Source: Aplysia californica
Taxonomy: Eukaryota
Direction: 5' to 3'
NCBI RefSeq assembly: GCF_000002075.1
Contig: NW_004797730.1
Span: 187,902 to 251,901, forward strand
DNA length: 64,000 nt
Below the pieces are notes generated by a model. It had not been told where the DNA came from. It saw only the letters and a program-made list of their open reading frames with translations, and searched no databases. This document shows, piece after piece, positions 32,318 to 45,013 of this stretch. The translations under genes were made by a program, and so were the position numbers. Each line of letters starts with the position of its first letter. Position 1 is the stretch's first letter.

Positions 32318-35300
32318 CTGTAAAAAGAAAGAAAACAAATTTTTAAAAAGTATATTTGATTTTTGTTTGTTAACCCTCTTTCATTTGGGTTTAAGGTTCT
32401 GCTTTTTAGTGGATCGCAACTTGAGTGGTGTTTTTGGGGGTACAGTAGAATCATCTTATTATGAGAGGGAGGGGACTAGTGCGAAGAATTCATGATAGCA
32501 GGATTCACGTTATAAGAGATTCAGTAATAAATTCAAGGAAAATAATAAAATAGGCCTAATCTATGAGTTTGGTGGTCTGTTTATTTCTTTTTGTTATCTC
32601 GCCTGATGATGCCAGATATGTTGTCCCCACCCCACCACACAACACCCTGTGGTGCGTTCCGTCTGCTTGCGCACATGGGGTACACACCACACTCTGCCCA
32701 CATCACACATTCGCTTCATCCATCACAGCACTGTGACCTCTCCATCCCCGCATCGGAGAAGTGAGAGGCATGGTAAGCCTAGATAATCTAGACTAGGCTA
32801 GCCTATCACACAATCTGTTCTGCTTGCCTGCACATGCCACACCCTCCCCACTCAACTCATTCGCTCCTTCCTTCATTGTTGGCACACGAGGGCTATCCCA
32901 TTCTGTTTCGCTAGATCACCAAAAAGTTTTTCCTCAGGCAAGGTTTTACATGTATTGACCAACCAGAAGCGCAGTGCACAGCAGCAATATTCCTCTATAA
33001 CTGACTCGAATGTTTGTCTGACTGCGCTGTAGCAATATTTTATTTACAAAAGATAAAGAAGAAAAAAACCTCAGGGGTTTTAAAATAGTGTCTCTATCAC
33101 ATATTTCTCGTTCTTTCTGGATTTGTTAAAACCGGACTCTTGAACCAATTATGTCAACCCCAAGATCTACACCTGGTCTTATGCAACGTTTACTTTCTAT
33201 TTTCCCCCATCTCCTAGTTCTCTGTTTGACACAAAACAAATTGCCAATATTAGACTGAATTATAGCCGTTTTAAGGTAACACCCGTAACCACCTAAAACT
33301 GGTAGGGTGCGAAAAATTGTGGAACAATTTGCACACTAAAAGAGTTAAGGACAAAAACGGTGCTCATCAGTCTAAAGTCATGATGCTGGGTCTCCTCTAT
33401 GCCAATGTAAGCTTATAGGTACTTGCTTCTGTCCTAGCCTCAACCACAATACTTTTCTGAATAGTTTAGTGATAACTTCGTCATCTTTTCTCATAGGTTT
33501 TTCCTACCCATGTTCCCAGCACATACCTAGTATTCTACGATAGGCAGAAATAAACTGAGAGCCTGCTTACATGCAGAACATCTTGAAAAAAAAACTTGCA
33601 GTTGGAATTCAAAGAAGAGAAGGCCTACCCAGGTTGGCTGTAAGGGAAATTTTGTAAAACTAATCCTGACCCAAAAGTGAACAATCAACAACAGGTGACT
33701 TTCTGAAATGGCATATATGGGTGCAATAACTCTTTATCTCTGGCAAGGCTCACGGTCGGAACTGCTGTGCCAGTAAGCTGCTGGCAGTGGTTGGTCACGT
33801 TCTTTTACGACGACTTTTGACGCTGAAAACAGGTCTCTTTACTGGGAGTTCCTTCAAAAGATGAAGAACTATCACAATAGGTTCTGATCAGATGACCTAT
33901 TTAGTGACATATTTGAGACTCCAAAGATTTTGTACAAAAGAGGGCCCAGGCATAATGGGTTTACCTACCCCCCTTGGAGATAAAGAGTTAACATATTCAC
34001 TGCAAAGATTTTATTACCCTTTACGATATGGATTAATTAGCTTGGGCTGGATTTGATGTTAATGCGCATTTTTCAGTTGCATCTACTTTGTAGATGAAGA
34101 AATTGTATTTACACCACTGTGAAAAACTGCAAAAGTCAAATCATTACCTTATCAGAGCCAGCATTGTTTGTGTTGGTAATGTTCAACTTGTCAGCAATTT
34201 TGTCAATGACACGGCCAACTGTCCAGCACTGTGAGAGAAGGAGAGAAAAAAAAGGCTTATATCCATGAAGTGAATCTATCTCATAAATTACAAATTCATT
34301 TTACAGAGATAGTCTTAGTATGAAAACAAAGATGATTAACCTCATTACACTAGTATTCATTTAGACCAATATGTGTGGCGGCGTGGTGGAATCAGGCTCT
34401 CGTCAAAATAATCAAAATAAAGATACTTGCATTTTTCCGCAGGTTTGTGAATTTTTATCAAATTTTTGTTTTTTGGCTCATCACCTTTCATGCCCATTAA
34501 AGAACTCATTTCTGTGTGGATTTTTTCTGAAAAACGTTAATTAAAGGCATAAAAAATGTAAATCTTCAGTTACCACGGACTCTTAAGCTAAGGAAATAAC
34601 TAATCTTTGGCGGTCATTTTCTCACTAATTTTACCTCTGAAAACAGGTGACCCTCATCTCTTTCTTTTGCAAATATCTCTACTTGTATTCAAGAAAAATG
34701 GATATTTTTTGCATACAAATAAAGACAAGTGAACAAGCTTTAAGATGATACTAATAACTCTACATGCCCAAAAATTGACGAGAGCCTGATTCCACCACGC
34801 TGCCTCACATATGATGCCAAAGACGAATGAAGAACACGATGATATTTTAGCGCCGACTTGGTTGTTTGTGTGGTTACTTGGAACATAAAACAAAGGTTTA
34901 TAACACTACTAACCTTCTGTCTGCCTGCGCCTACAACAGGAGTTAGCCAAACCTGTTTCTCTCTGTGCTGTGATCCTTTCCTCAGCTTTGGGGCCCCGAT
35001 GCGTTGGAATCTCACACGTTACACAAATAAACCGAGGCTCTAACTAGCCTTTTCTCCACCCGAAATCTCAGCAGGCCTCGTCTGCCTTGCTACAGCTCTT
35101 CCCTCTAAAGTCTCACCTGAAGTAACCCAGACTGCTTTTGTAAACTTGCAAACAATACAACTGAACAGAGACTCACACTTTACTCACTCTCACACTTGCA
35201 GCAAACAATACAATAGGCTTGGCCTAACCCCCTGCCACAACCAAAAACAACAAAATAGATCAGTTTGTTGATAAAATATCAGCTGCCGCTGCATTGGACA

Positions 35301-38300
35301 GATTGTTGTCTTGAGCAGCGCTGCTTTCAATACCAAGCCGTGAGAATCGTTTTTATAAAAAGATGAAGAATGACTATATCACCTTTACTGCAAAAAAATT
35401 CCAGTAGCTTCCAAGATCAGCTAGAATCATAATCATGACTATAGTCGTGATAACCTCCGAGGAACAGTCGCAGCATTGCGACAATAGTCCCGATAACCTT
35501 GCGATGAGTTAAGAATGTATGTATGCACATGTATTTAGTGTTAAGATGAGGGTATTGTTAAGAGCCCAGAGCTCCATTACATGAAAATGAGAGCTATAGA
35601 AACTATTTGTAATGTTATTATTATTAATATTATTTAAAAATTCAAGGGGAAAGTGAAAAGTGGTTGTTTGTACAGGTGGCAGCCAGAGCAATTCTGACTA
35701 TATATGCATATATATGGACTCTAACCTTTGAGAAGAACATCGGCACTGATGGTTTGCTCGATGACTTTGGTAGAACAATGTTGAAGAAGATCCGCTCTGA
35801 TTGTGGAATGCCCTGATCACCCACTGCCACACCCTTCATCTTCATCAGCTTCACTTTTGCTGCCAACTGAATTGACTTCGGGTTGGTGAATCGTGGTTGT
35901 GACAGTGGTTTGTTAGCTCTTTGTTCTGTGGAAAAAAGTTTTTAATTTGACAAAGTCTGAGTTTGAGTTTGAGCTTGAGTAAAGCGAAGCACAGTACCGC
36001 AATAATGGTCATTTAGCACTGGGATAAAGCATGCCGGACGTGGATCATTAGCAGAGGTGCGATTATTCATTTTTGGCCCAGTTACTAAACAGTTGTAGAC
36101 ATAAATCTACATTATGAGTTGAGCATAGATATGAGAAAACAGACATCTGGTAGGTCAGGTAAAAACTAGCCTTAGTAGAAGGCCCTACAGTAGAGTGACT
36201 TACGTAAATGCTATAAACATGTTAGGAGCTAAACTGTTCTGTATCGAAAAAGTTGAAAGTGGGAAAAATAGAGAGGATTTTGTGGTGGATATGGCATTGA
36301 TAAAGCACTTTTAAGTTATTGTTCTGGTTCACATCAACCCCCTAATTATTGGCAAGTCCAACACACTACTGTAAAGGGGATATATGCAAAGGGAAGCAAC
36401 CGCTCATGTAAACAAGCACTTTTGGTAACCATTGCTTTAGTTTCTTAATACAGGGACACATTTAGAACAGATGTCCCTATTGTTATCAATTAAAAATGTT
36501 CATATTATTCACATCTCTCTTTCAACAAAGACTTGGTTTCAGTGTGCTTGAAGGTGCAACCCAATGACTTTGTTGGATGTGAGCATCATCTGAGCAGCCA
36601 GGTGTTTGCTGAACTTTTACTAAGTTGCATTTCATTTCTTAGCCTCACCAAGTATGTTCTGTACATGCTGACTGGTTTTAGATACTTCCGGCTTTTTCTC
36701 TGGTAACTTCACGCACTTGTGGTCTTCTTGCACACGATGGCTGTAACGAATCAGTAAAACGTGTAGCACATCGGTTTTCAGTTTCACATAAAGTGAGAGA
36801 ATCTTCCAAGGCATATAAAACACTAAAAGCAATAATCAAAAATAGTATGTATGAAGGTAATATATACTTTGCATGGGTAATTGTATGTTGGTTAGTTTGG
36901 TTGTGATACTTTGTCCTGGGATTATCGTTGGGAATCTTTATCATCTTATAAAAGACCCCCCCCCCCCGTTGCCAAAAAGCCTTGTGGTTCTAAATGAAGA
37001 ACTGCTCAGGGGAAAAATAATCATCATCATCCGGTGCCTTGCCGACTGGCGTGGGCTATCATGGACCTCCACTTCCATCTGTCTTTCGATGCAGCAATGG
37101 TGTCTGTTGTTCTTGCTGCTCCCAGCCATATAATACTAAAATATAATACCCAAAATAATACTGATGCTTTGTATGTCGGAAGGAAAAGCATATCCGTATA
37201 ACTGTCAGAAGCAGGGGCTGTTGTGTTCACCTCTCACTCAATAGGTCCGTGGTTCAAAACCTGACAGCGACGGAAAAATATCAATCTCTAAACTCTTCTC
37301 CTTTTACCTCCTTTCCTGTTCTCTAGACATATGTTCTGTCATCTGCTTTATCTTTGCTTGACCTTGTCTTTGTATGAGTGGAAGATATACCAGTATAAAT
37401 AACTATGACACCCTGCACAAGCTAGGAGTAAAAAAAAATTTTGCATGTTGTGTTATTGAATGGACTTCAAGGTCACAGATAAAAGTAAAGAGAGAATGAT
37501 GTCTGAAGTAATTCTATTTTAACTTAATACTAGGCTGCAGTAAGGGATATGAAAACAAAAGTCTCTCAAAGAAAAAAAATACACCAAATCAAATGCAACA
37601 GCAAGAATTTACAAAAGCAAAGACGTAAATAATTCACACTTACTTTAAACAAAAGTTAAGCATGCAATGATTGCACAGAATTGGAGTCAACTCTCTTTTA
37701 CTACAGCCATCTATGCAGCAAGAATAGGACTTCTCTCCTGAGTATTCTGCTGGTAATGAAGTGCTCACCTGAGGAAAAAATGTGAAATAAGTAAAAAGAC
37801 GTTCCTAAATATAGTGTTCAGTCTGTATGTAATTTTGTAACAGCTCAGCCTGTAAAATGAATTGTAGCAGGAATTTTCAAGAAACATGGAGGAAAATGAT
37901 AAATGAGAAATGAAAAGGATAAAGGAAAGAACTATAATGCTAGAGAGCAGACTTAGAAACAACCAGGCTAAGAGGCGCCAACGACGAAAGGAAAACAGCG
38001 GAAATACAGAGCTTCAATCTACGTCACTGACATGCAAGCACTGAGGCAAAATCTGCGCTTCAAACATAGGAAGAATTAGCCATGAAAGAAGCTGCACGAA
38101 GACAACCTTGAGACCATTTGAAGCTAAATTGACCGTTTGCATAGACGAAAAGAGTCATATACATATCGTAGGAATTTTGTATAGTAAAATGGGGCAATTC
38201 CACACAATACTTTTTAATTGGATTGTGAGACAAGTGTTATAAGAAGCTACTTTATATAGAAAGAGGACACATCCTCCACAACAGTTTTACTTTGGGTCTG

Positions 38301-41300
38301 ATAAGTTAGGAAACAAAACATAATATGAATTCTACGATATCACCATCCCCATACTTCCATTTTTCAACTTAATTAAAAGTTTAACATTGAGGGGCAATTC
38401 CACACCTACATGAGCACACTTGCCAACATGAAAATAAAAAGACAGACATGCAAGAAATTAAAACTGAATTGAAAAACAAAACATGGTAGACAGAAGCAAA
38501 TGTTTAAAGCTGAAAGTCAAACAGATTTCTGTTGGTTCTAAGGGCTGCAAGTGGGGGAGGGGAATTACCCCGGGNNNNNNNNNNNNNNNNNNNNNNNNNN
38601 NNNNNNNNNNNNNNNNNNNNNNNNNNNNNNNNNNNNNNNNNNNNNNNNNNNNNNNNNNNNNNNNNNNNNNNNNNTTGAGGCGTCAGTTTTCTTGATGGAC
38701 TCGTAATCATGAGGTGGCAGGTTCGGGGGTTCGAGCCGCCGGCCCGACGCTGTATTCTTAGGGAAAGGCTCTTTACACGCATGTTCCTCACTTCACCCAG
38801 GTGGGAACGGTTGCCCGGCCGTATACAGCGAAAACTATTGTAATAAGTTAGTGTTATAGCGCCTTTACAATGGCAGTTTGCATTTTATACTCCCGGGTAG
38901 TTGAGATTGTATCAGGATGCTATCAGGTCTGCTGGGGTAGTACATTGTAATACAGATTGTCAAGTGCATAGGGCAGGGCTTGCTGTTGGGCGGGAATTAG
39001 CGCTATGCATTTGCTGTTTGTTATAAGTTATTATTATTACTATTATAATAATTACATGTATTACTCATATTTTGGCGCTCATATAACCTTATGAAGTTGC
39101 CAGCGCCGTAAAACCTCTACTAAAACTAAAACTCGTATTTGCAAAATCATCGTTTTGATGTTTACAAAGGTAAAAATGCTTAGAAAGATCAAACGGCGTA
39201 CGTCTCGGTTTTGTGTGTGTGTGGGGGGGGGGGGGTAATTTTCTTTCAACAGACAAACAGAACCGTGAACCTCCTACTGGGTAAAGAATGCGTTGTATTC
39301 CCCCAAAATCAAAGGAGTCATCATGCGCGCGAGCGCGGTGCCGATTAATAAAAGAACAGTGAGTCCAGACAGAGGATATAAAGGGTTGACTGGAGGTCAT
39401 GACTCCGCTGTCTGGTGACCGAGTTCTCGATACAACACCAACACAACCTGTCACTTAAAGGTACATCGACGGAAAAATTACTGCGTAATAGCGAAGGTGA
39501 GGGGGGATATCAACTGTTACTACTGACAAGCAAACTTTGCTAGTTTGTCTGAGTAACGAGAAGCTCATCGACACAATAACGGTCATTTAATGCTGGAGAA
39601 AAGTAAGACAGACAGACAGACACAAGAGAGGGAAAGCAAAGAAGTAGGACCCTAGTACCGGTGACGCCCTCCAACCACCCGCAGCGCCATAAGCCCGCAC
39701 ACACTACTAGGATTCACTATCATCACTAGTTTGTCGGTCCTTTGCTGATGCAACAATCTCATAGGTTGTACGCAGTTTCTGTGCTTGTTACTGTAACCTC
39801 TTTGGCTTGTTGGCATACATTATCCCTCGTGGATTTGTGGCTGCACAGATGTCGCTGGTATTACGGCTGAAATCAGTGCTGCCCACATAGCTAATGTGGT
39901 GCCAGTCCACATGGCGGTCTACCTGCCTGGTTGACTTCGGTCTACATAATAATATGCCGTGTCAATTGAATACGGTTTAGTTTAGTTTTAGTACGTGACA
40001 GTTTTACGGCACTTGCAGCACAATAAGGTCACATAAGTCACTCCACAGCACCAACCAAACAACTACTGTGAAGTTTTAAATTAAATGGACAAGGAATGAG
40101 ATATGGGGATAGAGTTAAGATGCAGACACTAAGAGACAAGATTCGTCTGTTCGATTTAAGAGAAGCACATCTACACAGAAATTGTCCTTATTTAGGGCTG
40201 GGAAAAAGGAAGACAAGCAGACAGAAACAACAGAGGGAAAGTAAAGAAGAAAGACCTACCAGTACCACCCTCCAACCATCCCCAAGAGACAGAGCCAGCA
40301 CAGCTTTAAAATATCAAACTGTATTTAAAAAAGTACCACAGTTGGTAGAGACCGAATGCCTTCCTCAACCACAAATGAAATGTCAATAACAGTTCAGACC
40401 CATTATCCTTCGGCAACCTTTGTTTGCGTGGTTGCAAACAAGTACTATTGCCTATCTATAATAGCCTAGCATGGGCTCAAGTTTCATCACAAAAACAGCG
40501 CACACGTGCTGGGCATTATGAGGACCTTGAACTCCACAAACAGGGGGTGATTCATGGAATGTCAGACATTTGGCTGGTTCCCAATTATTTAAAAAATGTG
40601 TTTATTAAATTATGTTTTGATTTGGCAAGAACAGGATTCATTAAGAGATGTAACTTTCTTATTCTAACAACAGGTGCAAAGTTTCTTAAAATGATAATCT
40701 TCTGACAAGCAGTCTTGTTCCCAAAAGAGTATTAAATTTGCTGTATAGTACACTCGCCTTCAAGAGAAAGCTCCTGCTATCAAAAAAGCTGAAATGGCAT
40801 TGAAAGCCAAACAGTCAAATCACATCCTATAGGAGAACTGTCAAGTCAAGGCAATACAATATAAAATAAAAATTTCCCTCCTAATAAAGTAACATCAAGC
40901 ATAACAGCATTAAATATGACTGAGAAGACCAAAGAAATAAAATGACAAAACAAAAGAAAGAAAGAAAAGAAGAAAAATTAAGGGAAGAAAAGAAAAAAAA
41001 GAAAGAGGAAAAAGTTAGGGGGGGGAAATTACATCCATCTCATCCCCCCCCCGCATAATTCCCCCCCCCCCCCCTTCCTTTTTATACCTCAATATCTGAC
41101 AGTAAGATGCACTGAAAAATAAGAAAGAGAACAAAAGTCCATAAAGAGTACCAACAGTGATAAACAGCTTTTGACTGGTCAGACATTAAAGATTTAAAAA
41201 TGACCGTTACATAAACCTATCTAATCAAAAGTACACTTCATAAAGTCAAAAGTTTTATAGCATTTCAATTTCTAAAAAATATACACATATCTTTCAACCC

Positions 41301-43877
41301 TTTATTGTCTAAAGGTTTCCATTTCATCATAAAATTATTCACACAGGTAAAAGGCACAGAACAAAGATAAACTGGTCATACCATAAGCAATAGGTCAAGA
41401 TAATAAAATATCTTAACATCACAGAAAGGTGACCTTCTTTATTTACTTACAGCAGTGCACATGTGACTCTCTCTTGATCTGTGTTCCAAACTGAAGAAAG
41501 AATTAAAAAGTAAGGTAAGGTAAGGTAAGGTAAGGCAAGGTAAGGTAAGGTAAGGTAAGGTAAGGTAAGGTAAGGTAAGGTAAGGTAAGGTAAGGTAAGG
41601 TACTTTATTGTGGGAGAATTTCTATGGCTGATCATGTATAAAATGCATCTGATTGAATCTGCCGTTTTATGTTTATCTCAAACCACATGCAGGAATTTAT
41701 TGCAGTGATTATGGATATAATATATTTTACGCATAAGATAGAAAATTAATAGCAAAATACATTAACATTCATTTTGAAAGCAACAGATGGTAGAAAACTT
41801 TTGTAATACCTTTCTTTGTTGGTTTTTGGCGGTTATTATCTGGTTTACTTTGTGAATGATTGAATTATGTAAAAAAGCACATTGTGGCATCAGCATCGTT
41901 TCCTGAAAATGAAAATAACTCCACACACAAATTTTAAAACATAGCTCTAATAAATTCTTCTTTACATCATCTTTACTGGGCAGGTCAAGGAGTCTACTTT
42001 CATTCTGAGCTGAAAATTGGACTTCCTTGTCTAGCACAGAAATTAGGAGATGCTATTATGGCATAATACTCAAAAAATCCCCCAAATCCATACATCTTTA
42101 TCTGATAATTATTTTTTATAACGACTGTCACTTACCAAAATGTCAATCCGCATCCATCACACTCAAATGGCAAGAAATCTAAAAATGCAAAATATAAAAG
42201 AGAAATCAAACACATTTTTTCAGTCTAGAAATCAAACACATTTTTCATTTGAACAACATTTTATTATCACAGTATAGACTCATATTGTAGGCCTACAAAT
42301 TTGAAATCATAACTCCCAAGTTATTAAAAAAGGTGAACCACATGCAAGAATGAATTATCACTGGAGATAAGCTGTGGCAGTTCTTGCGAAAAGAGAGCTA
42401 CAGGACCCTATTACTACTTGTTTCAAATCTGTTTAATCAACTTTGTTGTAAGGGGATTCAACAGTAAAGTTCATACAAACAGTTGGGATATTTTCCTCAA
42501 GCTAATTCCTACCTAAGCTTCTGAAAAAAAGTGCGATGTGGAAGAAAGGATCAGGGGGTAGACGAAGGGCCCGGCATTCTTTTTAAATTTAGAAACAAAG
42601 GATTGCTGGCAAGAGATGAATGCTAGAATTGATGACCAAGTGAAATGTCTGCAACCATACTTTGAAATTAAAAGCTTTTACTGAACAATGACATGTTATA
42701 ACATGGTTGCTGCTATCCCTGTATTAGTACTGGAGAAATAGAATAAGGTTGAGAGTATCATGTGTGGATGTCTGACAGTGACCTCTCACTCTGTGTTAAA
42801 TAAGGCAAACTCACAGTACTTTAATTTACAGTCAAAACTGTGTAAAACGGCCACCCATTGTCAAGGAGAAAAGTGGCCGTATAAGACAGGTAGCCGTCTT
42901 CGGCAGGACTGATCAAGATGAAGATAACAAAACATTCCTTTCTGAGGTCCCAACAAAAGGTAACCGCATTGTTGTTGTTGTTGTTATTGTTGTTGTTATT
43001 GCTGTTGTTATTGTTGTTGTTGTTTTCGCTGGGTTTTTTTCTCTTTTGTGCAAAGGTGACAATAAAACGAAATGTGTTAGACAAGGACGACCGAGTGCTA
43101 TGGTAAAACAAACACATGGGTCGCAAGTTCAAGTTGACGTCCATTGTTGTTACTTTGTTACATTACAGACTGGCTAAACAGTGATCACTCTCATATGATT
43201 TGTGTACGAGTTCTGGGCGGCACTTACGGGTTATGAGGGATCACACTCTTACCTTATCACAACAGCTGAAAATTTGTTACTTTTATATTATTGGTCAACA
43301 GTTGGAGGGGTCAACTCGACATGATCATTTGGAGGGAACAACATTGTATCCTCCACAAGAACTCTTGATCTAGGGGCCTATTTCTTTTCCAGTTTCTTTT
43401 CTAGACCTAGATCTAGATCTAGAAATCTAGAAAATCTAGATCTAGTAGTAAAAAAAAGGAAGTGGCTATCCTCACCCAGGGTGAGAACAAAAATGCGATC
43501 GATCTCTTCACCCTGGGTGAGACTTGCCAGTGTCGATTCTCACCCGGTGTGAAACAAGACCTGTTTTTCCTAATTTCGGAGTACTGTCTATCGGTGTGGA
43601 TGATCAAATTGACAAAAGCAAAAAAAACCAACGACGCTATAGCACGCTAATTTGACAGTCTACAATGATGCTATGGCTATTTCACTTTTCGGACAGTATC
43701 ATAGGCTAGAGATCTAGATCTAGAATCTAGATCTAGATCTAGATCTAGATCTAGATCTAGATCTAATCTAGATTCTAGATCAACAAAGGGAAAACAAAGC
43801 CAATTTAAAACAAAATTATTACCCAGCTGGTTACAAGAAGAAAATCCACAGTTTTTGCCTATATGAGGTAGCTCCAT
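32147..43877 (-). CDS. ZFAND1: AN1-type zinc finger protein 1; spliced, 8 coding exons, 807 nt = 268 aa + stop
   Basis: Exons 43823-43877, 42136-42178, 41451-41490, 37644-37768, 36649-36740, 35726-35925, 34148-34228 and 32147-32317 join in frame across GT-AG introns. Product: [44 protein letters not shown]... second AN1 finger (CCIDGC..LCNHCMLNFCLNHRVQEDHKC) ... AAKVKLMKMK...GDQGIPQSERIFF...PMFFSKCWTVGRVID...KKLRLFH...LVYNGSSLILE. This matches ZFAND1 motif by motif. Confidence 0.96.
34148..34228 (-). CDS. ZFAND1: ZFAND1 exon 7
   Basis: tcacag acceptor, gtaatg donor; CWTVGRVIDKIADKLNITNTNNAGSDK. Confidence 0.94.
34372..34809. mobile_element. MITE family A, in ZFAND1 intron 6
   Basis: TIRs, 438 bp, TA/TA flanks. 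Confidence 0.93.
35726..35925 (-). CDS. ZFAND1: ZFAND1 exon 6
   Basis: ccacag acceptor, gttaga donor; AAKVKLMKMKGVAVGDQGIPQSERIFFNIVLP...PMFFSK. Confidence 0.94.
36649..36740 (-). CDS. ZFAND1: ZFAND1 exon 5
   Basis: ttacag acceptor, gtgagg donor; HRVQEDHKCVKLPEKKPEVSKTSQHVQNIL. Confidence 0.93.
37644..37768 (-). CDS. ZFAND1: ZFAND1 exon 4 (start of second AN1 finger)
   Basis: cctcag acceptor, gtaagt donor; VSTSLPAEYSGEKSYSCCIDGCSKRELTPILCNHCMLNFCL. Confidence 0.94.
38675..39055 (+). mobile_element. Second tRNA-derived SINE family (CORE-like), in ZFAND1 intron 3
   Basis: B-box-like GGTTCGAGCC, CORE-like TTCTTAGGGAAAGGCTCTTTAC...CACCCAGGTG, and L2-like tail GCGCTAT...(TTA)n. The 5' end abuts a gap. 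Confidence 0.6.
41451..41490 (-). CDS. ZFAND1: ZFAND1 exon 3 ([13 protein letters not shown])
   Basis: ttcag acceptor, gtaagt donor. Confidence 0.95.
41510..41602. repeat. (GTAAG)n / (CTTAC)n pentamer microsatellite, probably a LINE tail
   Basis: About 18 units. On the minus strand it is directly preceded by CAATAAAGTA. Confidence 0.95.
42136..42178 (-). CDS. ZFAND1: ZFAND1 exon 2 ([15 protein letters not shown])
   Basis: tttag acceptor, gtaagt donor; AN1 motif. Confidence 0.95.
42969..43023. repeat. (TTG)n microsatellite
   Basis: Direct observation. Confidence 0.9.
43706..43781. repeat. (TAGATC)n self-complementary hexamer repeat in ZFAND1 intron 1
   Basis: About 12 units; further runs at ~43400-43446 and 43922-43936. 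Confidence 0.92.
43823..43877 (-). CDS. ZFAND1: ZFAND1 coding exon 1 ([18 protein letters not shown])
   Basis: ATG at 43877; donor GTAAT; phase 1. Confidence 0.92.
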
Positions 43878-44602
43878 CACTGGTAAGACACAGAACTTGT
43901 TTAATTGTGGGTAAATCAAAAAGATCTAGATCTAGAACTAGCATCAATCGATTTGAGACAACGTTGTTACTCTGTTACTGTATGAATCACTACTAAAATG
44001 AAAGTAATGCCTCTTTGCTTTATCACTACCGAACGAAATGGTTCTCTACAGCTTTATGGTAGTTCACCAGTCTGTAAATGAACAGATACACGTAAAAAAG
44101 TACATTCGCCGATTGCATTACAAATTCTATTATAATGATTTCACCCGTCCTTTTTTTTGGAATATAGGCCCTATTATGTCTGCCCTCGTCCTGTCACATA
44201 TTTTTTGCAATAGTACCGGTAGCTTAGTGTACCCCTCTATCTCCTTTCTAAGTGCCCGAGGAATTGATTTTGTGTCTGCTGACATATGGAGCTATGTCAT
44301 GCCTGAGGACCAGCATGAGACAAAAATAATGTAATGCTATTCTTTAAAAACAGAAATGTTCAAACATGTATGTCCCTGTGCTTCTCGCGAGAAGGTATTT
44401 TTTCTTGAGGGGGGGGGGGGTGAATTTTGTTGTGGATTACCATAATATTTGTTCTAATTTTATTCCAGGGGTCTAGTAATAGGCTACTGTTATTTAGGTG
44501 CAGTGCAATTAATAATGATGCCTCATTTAAGAAATTCTGCTTGAAGAATTTGAGACTAAATCGTGTCTGTGAAACATTGGAGAAACATCATTATTTCTAA
44601 AA

Positions 44603-45013
44603 CGTCACGACACGGTGAAATCAGCCCCTCATCAGTTTTGGGATGTAAGGATCGAGTTATTGGTATCATCTTAAATTAAGAAGATAGTCAATTAAATGTC
44701 TTCAGCGAGCAAAGGAAGGGGATCGCCTGGTGTCAGAGGTAGAAACAGCGAGAAAATGGCCACCAAAGATTGGTGACTTTTTCCAAAGCTTGAGTGTCCT
44801 TGGAAACTGTAGGGCCTAATAATTAAATTATAATTTGTGTGCCTTTGATCAACCCGTTTTAGAAAAATACATTAAATAATGCGTTTTTTGAATAGACACT
44901 AAAGATGTTGAGCTTTAAAAAAAATCTTTAAAAATAGCCCAATGGAGGGAAAAAGGTTGATTTCTTATATTTCATTATTTTGACGAGAGCCTGATTCCAC
45001 TATGATGCCACAC
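44603..45013. mobile_element. Diverged, older MITE family A copy
   Basis: Collinear similarity to family A. Right TIR recognisable; left end of the GTCACGACACGG subtype. Confidence 0.75.

Noticed and set aside
39291-39437. Possible tiny solo LTR (GTTGTAT...ATACAAC ends, TATAAA and AATAAA inside)
   Set aside because: Only a 7-bp inverted match, no TSD, signals in the wrong order, single copy in the window.
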